Shown piece after piece: positions 18,638 to 26,783 of a stretch of 64,000 nucleotides of DNA. The notes under the pieces are model-generated. The model had not been told where the DNA came from. It saw only the letters and a program-made list of their open reading frames with translations, and searched no databases. This DNA is from Limnochordia bacterium (GTDB lineage Bacteria > Bacillota > Limnochordia > DUMW01), in the NCBI GenBank assembly GCA_023230925.1, contig JALNWK010000012.1, positions 2,709-66,708 on the forward strand, written 5' to 3'. The first letter of the stretch is position 1; every line of letters begins with the position of its first letter. Position numbers and translations under genes: made by a program.

Positions 18638-19658
18638 CTAACTCAATGATCTCTTCAGGAGCAATCACTCCACGATCCAACAGATTTTTGAGATCACTAC
18701 GCATAGTATGCATGCCGAAACGAGCACTTGTCTCAATGATTCCTTCTAACTGATGGGTCTTTCCCTCCCTAATTAGATTCCTGACCGCTGGGGTTCCAAT
18801 CATAACCTCTGTGGCTAACACTCGTCCTTGTCCGTCCCTACGGGGTAAGAGTCGTTGAGAAATAACTGCTTCTATTGATGATGCCAGTTGCACCCGAATC
18901 TGCTGCTGTCCATGGGGCGGAAAGGCATCGACAATTCGATCGATGGTTTGAACACTACTGCGGGTATGTAGGGTTGAGAGCACCAAATGACCTGTTTCGG
19001 CCGCTTGCACAGCAATGGCCATGGTCTCAGCATCCCGCATCTCCCCGACTAAAATTACGTCAGGATCACTGCGGAGGGCGGAACGAAGTCCATCCGCAAA
19101 GGAACGAGTATCGCTACCCACCTCCCGTTGGTTAATCACACACCTACCATGGGTATGTAAGAACTCGATAGGGTCTTCTAAGGTCAAGACCACACCCCGT
19201 CGTTGGTGATTAATTTCATCGATCATTGCCGCTAAAGTAGTGGATTTACCGCTACCCGCGGGACCAGTCACCAGAATCAAGCCATCCTTTTTGCTACATA
19301 GTTCCCTAACCACACTGGGCAGCCCGAGCTGGTCCAAGGGAATTACCTGAGGAGGAATCACCCGGATCGCTATGGCCACTGAATTCCGTTGTCGATAGAC
19401 GTTAACGCGAAAACGACCCAACTCAGGGATCCCGTAGGAGAGGTCCATCTCCCCTTTATTTTCAAAGCGTTCTTTCTGCTCCTTGGTAAGAACCTGCTCG
19501 GCAATTGCCAACGTATGACAGGCTGCCATGATTGGTTCATCATTCATCGTATGTAATCTTCCATTAACCCGTATACAAGGGGGCAACCCTACAGTCAAAT
19601 GTAGGTCCGAAGCACCAGCTTGGACAGCTTTATATAGTAATCTGTTGATCATGTTCAC
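18618..19658 (-). CDS. pilT: Twitching motility retraction ATPase PilT
   Basis: The product is 346 aa with Walker A GPAGSGKST and the N-terminus ASDLHLTVGLPPCIRVNGRL, typical of PilT. Confidence 0.93.
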   Translation of the reverse strand: MNMINRLLYKAVQAGASDLHLTVGLPPCIRVNGRLHTMNDEPIMAACHTLAIAEQVLTKEQKERFENKGEMDLSYGIPELGRFRVNVYRQRNSVAIAIRVIPPQVIPLDQLGLPSVVRELCSKKDGLILVTGPAGSGKSTTLAAMIDEINHQRRGVVLTLEDPIEFLHTHGRCVINQREVGSDTRSFADGLRSALRSDPDVILVGEMRDAETMAIAVQAAETGHLVLSTLHTRSSVQTIDRIVDAFPPHGQQQIRVQLASSIEAVISQRLLPRRDGQGRVLATEVMIGTPAVRNLIREGKTHQLEGIIETSARFGMHTMRSDLKNLLDRGVIAPEEIIELGERLDA

Positions 19659-21362
19659 TTAGATTTCCTCCGCAAACTCAAGCTCACTATCTAAGGAATA
19701 GATGGCACGGGCAGCCTCCAAGACAGTGGTATCTCCCTTTAGTATTCGTTCTATGGCATTTTCCTTGATGGTCTTCATGCCCTGGGCCTTCGCCAATTCC
19801 CACACCACTGCTTCATCTAGACCACTTTTGATCTGTTGACGGATCTCTTTGGTCATGATTAAGACTTCCTCCAGGGGTATTCGACCAGAAAACCCCGTAC
19901 CATTACAGGCGGGACAGCCCACAGCACGATACACAGAAGCAGCGTCAACACCAAGGAAGAGCTTTTCTGCCGGTTCTAATTGTTCAACCCTCTTCTTACA
20001 TCGATTACAAAGCTTGCGCACCAACCGCTGCGATACTACGCCGATTAAGGTAGCAGAAAGAAGATATGGTTCTATACCCAGGTCAAGAAGACGTACAACA
20101 GTTTGGGCTGCATCGTTTGTATGTAACGTAGATAAGACTAAGTGGCCGGTTAACGATGCCCGGACCGCGACACTGGCGGTTTCCCCATCACGAATCTCTC
20201 CTACCATCACAATATCCGGATCTTGTCTTAGCACAGCTCTTAACCCTTCGGCAAAAACAATACCACCCCTTCTTTGTACCTGTACCTGGGAGATTCCTGC
20301 CATCCGATGTTCAACAGGATCCTCTACCGTAACAATATTTACATCCGGTACATTCAAGCGGCGAATAAAGGAATATAAAGTTGTCGTCTTCCCGCTTCCT
20401 GTAGGCCCGGTAACTAGAATTAGTCCCTGGGATTGACGCAACATTTGATTAATCTTGTGGGTGGACTCCTCCAGAAAGCCAATTTGCTCCAGTGCAACTG
20501 CAGCAAGATTACGATTCGGCAAACGTAGTACTACCTTTTCCCCATTTACCGTAGGCAAGGTAGATAAACGAATATCGATTTTCCTACCCTCAATAACCGC
20601 CCGCAGTCTCCCGTCCTGGGGACGCCGCCTGTTTGTAATATCTAAATTGGCCATGACCTTAAGTCTAGAGACAAGATCCGGATGTAGTCGTTTGGGTATG
20701 GTCATCACATTGTGTAGCACACCATCAATACGGAAACGAACCACTACTTCCGACTCCTCCGGTTGGAGATGGACATCACTAGCATTGCTACTTGCCGCTT
20801 GGTAGATAATTAGGTTGACCATTTTGACACCGGGAACATCGCCCACTTCCCCATCGGACATATCCTCGGCCAATAATAGGTCACCACCCTCATCTTCGCA
20901 TAGTTCCCCAATGACTTGATCCGCAGAGCATTGTAGATCTATGCGACGTTGATAGACGGAAATAATATCTGAGGGGGTACTCAGTCGGGGTTTTACCTCT
21001 AAACCGGTAAGCCTTCTAACATCATCTAAAACTTGTACATCAAAGGGATCCGCCATCGCTAAGTACAACGAACGACCTTCTATCTTAATTGGTAGCACCT
21101 TATACCTTTTGATAAACTGCTCTGGCAACAGGGACAACAAGCTAGGATCAAGGGGTTCTTCATGTAAATTTGCTATGGGCAAACCGCTTTGCCGAGATAA
21201 TTCTAAGGCAAGCTGTTCTTCCGCAAGGCAGCCGAGTTCCACTAAGGCCTCTCCCAATCGTTTACCGCTATCTCGTTGTTTTTGAAGAGCCTGTTTGAGC
21301 TGGTCCTTAGTCACTAGTTTTTGCTCAAGCAGTAAGTCACCTAATCTTTGTGAAGACCGCAT
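19659..21362 (-). CDS. pilB: Type IV pilus extension ATPase PilB (GspE family)
   Basis: The product is 567 aa. It has an N-terminal MshEN/GSPII-like region, Walker A GPTGSGKTTT and a tetracysteine motif (CNRC...CPACNG). Confidence 0.93.
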   Translation of the reverse strand: MRSSQRLGDLLLEQKLVTKDQLKQALQKQRDSGKRLGEALVELGCLAEEQLALELSRQSGLPIANLHEEPLDPSLLSLLPEQFIKRYKVLPIKIEGRSLYLAMADPFDVQVLDDVRRLTGLEVKPRLSTPSDIISVYQRRIDLQCSADQVIGELCEDEGGDLLLAEDMSDGEVGDVPGVKMVNLIIYQAASSNASDVHLQPEESEVVVRFRIDGVLHNVMTIPKRLHPDLVSRLKVMANLDITNRRRPQDGRLRAVIEGRKIDIRLSTLPTVNGEKVVLRLPNRNLAAVALEQIGFLEESTHKINQMLRQSQGLILVTGPTGSGKTTTLYSFIRRLNVPDVNIVTVEDPVEHRMAGISQVQVQRRGGIVFAEGLRAVLRQDPDIVMVGEIRDGETASVAVRASLTGHLVLSTLHTNDAAQTVVRLLDLGIEPYLLSATLIGVVSQRLVRKLCNRCKKRVEQLEPAEKLFLGVDAASVYRAVGCPACNGTGFSGRIPLEEVLIMTKEIRQQIKSGLDEAVVWELAKAQGMKTIKENAIERILKGDTTVLEAARAIYSLDSELEFAEEI

Positions 21363-21373
21363 AAAGACACCCC

Positions 21374-21418
21374 AAATAAAAAAAATAAACCGACCGAAAT
21401 AATACCTTCGGCCGGTTT
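21374..21418 (-). terminator. Strong intrinsic terminator located 12 nt upstream of the pilB start codon
   Basis: On the minus strand, AAACCGGCCGAA (21418-21407), an 8-nt loop and TTCGGTCGGTTT (21398-21387) form a 12-bp stem with one mismatch. This is followed by A TTTTTTTT A TTT, then GGGGTG (an SD-like element) and the pilB ATG at 21362. Confidence 0.75.
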
Positions 21419-21624
21419 CACTACTAGCTCCCCCAGGTTAAATCAGTGACCAAATAATACCACAGGTTCATAGCTCCGAAGTACCAAATGCATCCAGAAA
21501 GATCCATAGCCTAATCCTGTTCCCTTATCTATAGGGCCCCCTATCATAGATAGGCGAATTATTACGTAGTACACTAATGTTTTCGACGTTTGGGTTGACT
21601 TTCCTTTAGCATAAGGTTACTTTA
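21419..21624 (-). promoter_or_regulatory. Unclassified about 200-nt leader upstream of the pilB terminator (candidate attenuator or riboswitch)
   Basis: This is a non-coding stretch between the stop of the HEAT-like gene and the terminator. It contains small hairpins (CCTATC/GATAGG) and repeated GGAGCTA and AACCTG motifs. No known riboswitch consensus was recognised. Confidence 0.3.
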
Positions 21625-22914
21625 TTAATCTAATTCCACCCGCCACGATTCTGCATCCATCTCAAATCGAGAACGGACCTGTTCTCTTTTTCTCCGCCGT
21701 TGTTCAATTTCTTCCCATGCCTCTTCGAGGTTTTCCGGTGGCACAATCTCTTCAAAGATATTCTCAGCTGCTTTCAGGATTTCCTTCTGGAGCAACCCCC
21801 GGGTTGGATCGGTCAGAATATCTGTCAAGATTGGGTATACAACGTCCTTACCACACACTTTTAACAAGCGGAGAGCTGCAATACGCGCCGCAGCGACTTG
21901 ATCTCCATTTGCCATGTTCTGCACCCGTTGGACGATATCTGACTCTAAATTGGGCATCAAGCATAGAAAATACAGAGCAATCTCCCTGATTACTGGATTA
22001 TCATCCTGTAAGAACAATGTGAGAAGTTTGAGCAAGGGTTCTCGCTTAGCCTTTGTAATCACTTGAGCTACTTCTTCACTGCTCGCAGATGCCGGATCAA
22101 AATCGATCAACCCATGGTTAGCAAAGTTGAGGAGGACTGTGGCTGCTTCCGTACGGGTATGATGATCGACTAGCACCAACCGTACCAGGTCCCCAACGGT
22201 TCTCCTCGAACGTAGGTGTAGACTCGCCTTTACTCCCAAGACCCGCATTTTTGCATCGGCATCCCGCATCCAGCCGGTAACCAAGGGTACTGAGTCTTCG
22301 TTTAATGTCTCTAGAATGGCTCTTCGCGCCATATGACTCAACCGTTCGGCACCTTTATCTTCCGCTTGGAGATAAAACTTAAGCAATCTTGGCAATAGCG
22401 GCTCATACTTTAAGCGGCGGCAAAGATGCAGCGCAAAAACTTGGAGGCTCTCATCCGGCTGCTTTAACGCATGTAAGATTGGCTCTTTGAGCACCTCGGG
22501 CGGAAACTGACGAATATGGGCGATCAGTTCACGGGCAAGGACGGTATGATCCGTAAAGGATACAATTCGGAAAAAGGCTGTGAGAGCCTTTGGGTCCTGT
22601 ACTCCCCGCAGTGCTGCCCGGGTCGTTTTTCTATCCTGCGCCATACTCCACTTTAGATGCTTTTCGATGGCACGAAGTGATCCCACCGCATTGCGTCTGC
22701 GTATTAGGATGACTTCGTAAAAATGGGATCGAATCTCGATGGTTTGGTCAGCCAACAGCCGCAGAAATATCTTCAGGTTACCCGGGAAAAGAGCAGTGTC
22801 TTCCAGTTGGGCCAAACAGTTGCGATAGACTTCTGTATCTTCACCCCACTCCATCTGCAATGTATTAAATAGGTCAATAATCCGACCTTCTACTTCATCC
22901 CTATTAAGCTCCAC
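21625..22914 (-). CDS. HEAT/armadillo-like repeat protein of unknown function
   Basis: The protein shows a helical-repeat composition (for example DDNPVIREIALYFL). The preferred start is the GTG at 22914, preceded by AAAGGAG 8 nt upstream. The ORF's N-terminal extension to 23028 runs through the eda terminator. Confidence 0.55.
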   Translation of the reverse strand: MELNRDEVEGRIIDLFNTLQMEWGEDTEVYRNCLAQLEDTALFPGNLKIFLRLLADQTIEIRSHFYEVILIRRRNAVGSLRAIEKHLKWSMAQDRKTTRAALRGVQDPKALTAFFRIVSFTDHTVLARELIAHIRQFPPEVLKEPILHALKQPDESLQVFALHLCRRLKYEPLLPRLLKFYLQAEDKGAERLSHMARRAILETLNEDSVPLVTGWMRDADAKMRVLGVKASLHLRSRRTVGDLVRLVLVDHHTRTEAATVLLNFANHGLIDFDPASASSEEVAQVITKAKREPLLKLLTLFLQDDNPVIREIALYFLCLMPNLESDIVQRVQNMANGDQVAAARIAALRLLKVCGKDVVYPILTDILTDPTRGLLQKEILKAAENIFEEIVPPENLEEAWEEIEQRRRKREQVRSRFEMDAESWRVELD

Positions 22915-23002
22915 AGTCTTAACTCCTTTCATAATAGGATACACGTATGCCCGACCGGGTCTAAAAAGCGCGCCTTTCCCAAACGCTATTCCAAGATCAG
23001 CA

Positions 23003-23046
23003 ATATATAAAAAAGCAGCCGGCTTCAAGTACAGAAACCGGCTGCT
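23003..23046 (-). terminator. Intrinsic terminator downstream of eda
   Basis: On the minus strand, AGCAGCCGG (23046-23038) and CCGGCTGCT (23022-23014) flank a 15-nt loop and are followed by TTTTTTATATATT. Confidence 0.8.
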
Positions 23047-23063
23047 TGGTATTCGGATAGTTG

Positions 23064-23729
23064 CTATCCACCGGTTCTCGCTTGAGTAATTACTTCAATA
23101 AACTGCTGAGCCCGTTCGGTAATCACTTGGTAATTGCCTGATTCTATTGCCTTCTTATCTAATAACGAACCGCCTACTCCTACCGCCGCTGCGCCGGCTT
23201 TGATAAACTCTGATGCATTCTCTAAGGTAATCCCGCCAGTGGGTACCATTGGTATCTGAGGCAGCGGCCCTTTTACAGATTTAATATACTCGGGTCCTAG
23301 AGTATCAGCTGGAAATACCTTTACAATCAGTGCACCAGCTTTGTAGGCTGCAAGCATCTCCGTAGGTGTCATAACCCCCGGAATCACCAACTTATCATAG
23401 GTATTTGCTACCTCGATCACTTCTAGATCCAATGTAGGAGTAAATATAAAATCCGCACCAGCCATAATGGCATTCCGAGCTGTCTGGGCATCAAGCACTG
23501 TGCCAACGCCGATTACAGCTCCACTATCGTTACTGTTCCGCAATTGTTCAACCATGTGCAAAATACCCGGACTATCTGCCGTAATCTCTAATACCTTCAC
23601 TCCGGCTGTTGTTAGTGCATGGGCTACTTGGGAAACCCGTTCTACACACATCCCACGCATAACAGCTATAACTCCACTTTCTAGTATTTGGTTCATCTGC
23701 GCAAATCTATTCATCGTTTGAAAACCCAC
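23064..23729 (-). CDS. eda: KDPG / 4-hydroxy-2-oxoglutarate aldolase
   Basis: The pattern VIAVMRG...GVKVLEIT...IGVGTVL...FIFTP...PGVMTPTE...VKVFPA is the Eda family pattern. The exact start is uncertain. Confidence 0.88.
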   Translation of the reverse strand: MGFQTMNRFAQMNQILESGVIAVMRGMCVERVSQVAHALTTAGVKVLEITADSPGILHMVEQLRNSNDSGAVIGVGTVLDAQTARNAIMAGADFIFTPTLDLEVIEVANTYDKLVIPGVMTPTEMLAAYKAGALIVKVFPADTLGPEYIKSVKGPLPQIPMVPTGGITLENASEFIKAGAAAVGVGGSLLDKKAIESGNYQVITERAQQFIEVITQARTGG

Positions 23730-23756
23730 AGCTCCTTCATTGTTGGCTCTCAGTTT

Positions 23757-23785
23757 ATGATAACAATTTATGGGTATAAGCGCAA
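23757..23785 (-). promoter_or_regulatory. Candidate sigma-70-type promoter for eda
   Basis: On the minus strand, TTGCGC (23785-23780), a 17-nt spacer and TATCAT (23762-23757). Confidence 0.35.
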
Positions 23786-23949
23786 TATCTGTCTCTTTTT
23801 GGGTGCAAAAACACCATGGATGGATACACTACATACACAGTTTGGCAATCAATGCTATTACGGCGGAAGGCAAAAAAAGCCTAGGCTGTGGCTACAAGTA
23901 GATTATATCACAACATATCTTACTGTTCAAATTCAGCTTGTCCTCGTAT

Positions 23950-24528
23950 TTACTCTAAAGCCGCAAAGACCCCGGGGATGGAGATCACACTTAGCTTGCC
24001 AAGGGGCCAGTATCGCCAAATAGCCCTACCAATAATAAGATCGCGGGGTACAAATCCTACATCTTTTGAACGACTATCTTTGCTATTGTTTCGATTATCT
24101 CCTAGTACAAAAAAAGAATCCTCGGGAACTTCCACCGGGTCAAGCTCATCCCACATTTGTTGATTTATGTATGGCTCATCAACAGGATTGCCATTAAGCA
24201 ACAGCTTGCCATGTTTAATCGCGACAACATCGCCGGGTAATGCCACCACTCTTTTAATAAAGTAGTGTTTGGGGGAAGCAGGGTATTTGAAAACTACAAT
24301 TTCTCCCCTTTTTGGTGGGCGGAACCGGTAAGTGACTTTATCAATAAGTAATCTTTCGCCATCAGTCAAAGTAGGCAACATGGAAGGACCATCAATTGTA
24401 AATGCCCGAGCAATAAAGGTCATGAAAAAAAAGGCCAAAATACTGGCTAAAACAAGGATTTCTACTGCTTCTTGTAGGGTAGACTTCTCTTCACTAGGCT
24501 TTCGCCAAGCTGCATATATCTTTTTCAT
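23950..24528 (-). CDS. lepB: Signal peptidase I
   Basis: The catalytic motifs GPSMLPTL and GDNRNNSKDSR are present. The start is placed at ATG 24528 (AAGGTGG upstream). The ORF extension to 24633 is rejected. Confidence 0.9.
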   Translation of the reverse strand: MKKIYAAWRKPSEEKSTLQEAVEILVLASILAFFFMTFIARAFTIDGPSMLPTLTDGERLLIDKVTYRFRPPKRGEIVVFKYPASPKHYFIKRVVALPGDVVAIKHGKLLLNGNPVDEPYINQQMWDELDPVEVPEDSFFVLGDNRNNSKDSRSKDVGFVPRDLIIGRAIWRYWPLGKLSVISIPGVFAALE

Positions 24529-24546
24529 CCTAAGGCGCCACCTTAA

Positions 24547-24575
24547 TTGCCAAGTTATGAAAAACATAATACAAT
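24547..24575 (+). promoter_or_regulatory. Candidate promoter for the MBL hydrolase gene
   Basis: TTGCCA (24547-24552), a 17-nt spacer and TACAAT (24570-24575), about 78 nt upstream of the ATG at 24654. Confidence 0.5.
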
Positions 24576-24653
24576 GTGGTCTATAGTGTATTCTAGTTTC
24601 AACAACAGATTCCTGCTTTTGTAGTTTTTGCAAAAAGTGTTGGAGGTACTGTG

Positions 24654-25421
24654 ATGCTTGAGATCTTGTTTTTAGGAACAGGTACTTCCCATGGGATACC
24701 GGTCATTGGCTGTAACTGCGGCGTCTGTCAATCCTCGGATCCAAAAAACAAACGAAACCGCTCTTCTATTTTGCTTACCCAAGGCGATACCAATATTCTC
24801 ATCGATACTGCGACGGAACTACGTCTTCAGGCCTTAAGGTTTAATATCACTAGCGTTGATGCGGTGCTTTATACCCATTTCCATGCAGATCATGTCTTTG
24901 GCTTTGATGATTTGCGCAGGTTCAACAATAATGGTAGTAAGCCCATTCCCGTTTACGGCAATGCAGAGACAATAGAGGAATTACGCCAATGTTTTGCTTA
25001 TGTGTTTCGCAAAACCCAAGAGGGAAGTAAAAAACCATTGGTAACCCCTCAGATTATTCAACCCGTACCCACAGTTATTCACGGTTTAACTTTTCAACCC
25101 ATCCCAATCTATCACGGACAATTGGGTATTTACGGTTACCGGTTTGGAAATGTAGCCTACATTACCGACTGTAGCAAAATCCCCGAACAAAGCGAAAAGC
25201 TATTGAAGGATCTAGATATTCTCATCCTCGGAGTTTTGAGGTACCGCCCTCATCCAACCCACTTCAACCTCAACCAAGCATTAAAAGTAATTGCTAAATT
25301 AAAACCCAACCGCACATATTTTACCCACATATGTCATGACTTTGATCACGAACAAGTACAAAGGGAACTGCCGCCCAACTGCTACCTTGGGTATGACGGT
25401 TTACGGCTAGAGACTTCCTAA
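24654..25421 (+). CDS. MBL-fold metallo-hydrolase (PhnP-like family)
   Basis: The HFHADH metal motif and the N-terminal GCNCGVC cysteine motif are as in PhnP-type phosphodiesterases. GGAGG lies 7 nt upstream of the ATG. Confidence 0.8.
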   Translation: MLEILFLGTGTSHGIPVIGCNCGVCQSSDPKNKRNRSSILLTQGDTNILIDTATELRLQALRFNITSVDAVLYTHFHADHVFGFDDLRRFNNNGSKPIPVYGNAETIEELRQCFAYVFRKTQEGSKKPLVTPQIIQPVPTVIHGLTFQPIPIYHGQLGIYGYRFGNVAYITDCSKIPEQSEKLLKDLDILILGVLRYRPHPTHFNLNQALKVIAKLKPNRTYFTHICHDFDHEQVQRELPPNCYLGYDGLRLETS

Positions 25422-25454
25422 CTGTATCTGGCAATAACCTCCAAACAGATTCAA

Positions 25455-25483
25455 TTGACATCCCCTCGAAAGGTTACTATACT
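25455..25483 (+). promoter_or_regulatory. Near-consensus sigma-70-type promoter of the imuB-like/dnaE2 cassette
   Basis: TTGACA (25455-25460), an exactly 17-nt spacer and TATACT (25478-25483). The TTG used as an ORF start in the track is the first triplet of this -35 hexamer. Confidence 0.7.
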
Positions 25484-25491
25484 TATTTATA

Positions 25492-25505
25492 AGAACATAT
25501 GTTTG
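25492..25505. promoter_or_regulatory. Cheo-type LexA (SOS) box
   Basis: AGAACATATGTTTG compares with the Gram-positive consensus CGAAC-N4-GTTCG. It has one core mismatch (GTTT for GTTC) plus the outer C-to-A on the left flank. It starts 9 nt after the -10 hexamer, so it overlaps the expected transcription start. Confidence 0.7.
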
Positions 25506-25532
25506 CCAAACATGCTTTCGGGGTGGGAAGAT

Positions 25533-26543
25533 ATGAGATTAATTGCCTATGTTCAAGGAACAAACGGTAGATTAAATACTAAAGCATGGGATGTTTTCTG
25601 TTCCTTTACCCCACAGATTGAACTTGTCACGGATGCTGCAGCGTTTATAGATCTGTCGGGGTGCGGGTCATTGCCTTCTCTTTTGAGACAAATCGATCAG
25701 AATATCTATGGAGAGCATTCTATCGGAATTGCCACTACTAAATTGCTGGCTAAGGCTGCTGTTCTTGCTCCTAAAGCCATTATTCCCTTTTCTGTTAACT
25801 TAACAAAAGTGTTACGACTTCACAAACTAAAACCATGCGCTCATTTGTTCGCCAATAAAGAACAAGTGTTTTTAGCTAATTTGCCGATTGAATATTTAAA
25901 CCTCGGACCCTCTTTGCAGGAGCAGTTAAATAAATTGGGGTTATTTCGCGTTGCAGATGTTTTAAGTATTACACAACAACAATTGATTTATCGGTTAGGC
26001 ACCGACGGCACCTTGGTTTACCAAAGTGCCCGGGGAATTGATCACAGCAAGGTAGAACCAAATTATCCTCCTTGCAGTATCGTGATTGAAAAGTCATTAG
26101 ATCATGTTTTTAATCAAGGGGCCTTATCTATGGTATTAATGGATTGCTGCACTTCCCTGTCCAATGAATTAAGGCAGACAGGAAAGGCCGCTACTCTTTG
26201 CCGACTAGCACTGACAACAGATGATGGTCAAAAGCTAGCAACGGAACGTAAACTTTCTTCGCCAAGCAATGAGCTGTTAAAACTTTGGTTTTTGGCCCAG
26301 TCTATGCTAAATACTTTAACCATATCTACACCTCTTACTTCTCTCAAACTAACGGCAATAGAACCAGTTCCAGTATCTTTACAGCAGTTAAGTTTGTTCG
26401 AAAGACCAACAACAATATGCCAGGGTTTGAATAAAATCCTGTCCAATCTTCGCTACAGGTTTGCCGACACCAAAACCTACCTAGCTTCTCAAATACAGCT
26501 GGATCGTTACGAACAGATGTTGTCTTTTTATCGTCATGAGTAA
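25533..26543 (+). CDS. imuB: ImuB-like Y-family polymerase homolog (apparently catalytically inactive, short form)
   Basis: The product is 336 aa and lies directly upstream of dnaE2. It has a Y-family-like N-terminus (FTPQIELVTDAAAFIDLSGCG) but no DMDxF-type catalytic motif near the N-terminus. GGGTGGGAAG lies upstream of the ATG. Confidence 0.65.
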   Translation: MRLIAYVQGTNGRLNTKAWDVFCSFTPQIELVTDAAAFIDLSGCGSLPSLLRQIDQNIYGEHSIGIATTKLLAKAAVLAPKAIIPFSVNLTKVLRLHKLKPCAHLFANKEQVFLANLPIEYLNLGPSLQEQLNKLGLFRVADVLSITQQQLIYRLGTDGTLVYQSARGIDHSKVEPNYPPCSIVIEKSLDHVFNQGALSMVLMDCCTSLSNELRQTGKAATLCRLALTTDDGQKLATERKLSSPSNELLKLWFLAQSMLNTLTISTPLTSLKLTAIEPVPVSLQQLSLFERPTTICQGLNKILSNLRYRFADTKTYLASQIQLDRYEQMLSFYRHE

Positions 26544-26772
26544 AATACTAAAGCAAGAGATCATTTTTAAAAATAGGCCTTTCCGCATTCTATGGAAGGG
26601 AACTTCTCATTTAATCACTAGTATTCAGGAGGCTTGGGTGTATCGAGGCCGCTGGTGGAAAGAAGAACCAGAAAGAGTCTTTTATCTAGTTGAGTTAGCC
26701 GATGGCACCCTTTGTGAGATTTATAGAGAACTCCCCAACAACCAGTGGTTTTTGTATCGGCTTTATGATTGA
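26536..26772 (+). CDS. Small Trp-rich protein translationally coupled between the imuB-like gene and dnaE2
   Basis: The product is 78 aa. Its start overlaps the imuB-like stop (ATGAGTAA), and its stop lies 11 nt before the dnaE2 ATG. Function is unknown. Confidence 0.55.
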   Translation: MSKILKQEIIFKNRPFRILWKGTSHLITSIQEAWVYRGRWWKEEPERVFYLVELADGTLCEIYRELPNNQWFLYRLYD

Positions 26773-26783
26773 GGTATCTTGTT

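Noticed and set aside
21419-21624. A c-di-GMP (GEMM-I/II) or Mn (yybP-ykoY-like GGGGAGTAG) riboswitch was considered in the pilB leader.
   Set aside because: The GEMM-I cores (GGCAAACC, ACGCAAAGCC) are absent. GGGGAGCTAGTAG only superficially resembles the yybP core and lacks the rest of that motif. The region is left as an unclassified leader.
22915-23028. An N-terminal extension of the HEAT-like ORF starts at 23028.
   Set aside because: The extension is translated through the hairpin and T-tract of the eda terminator (23003-23046) and has no SD. The GTG at 22914 has AAAGGAG upstream.
25455-25532. The imuB-like ORF has a TTG start at 25455 in the track.
   Set aside because: The TTG is the first triplet of the TTGACA -35 hexamer. 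The extension would also be translated across the -10 and the LexA box. The ATG at 25533 with a G-rich SD is preferred.
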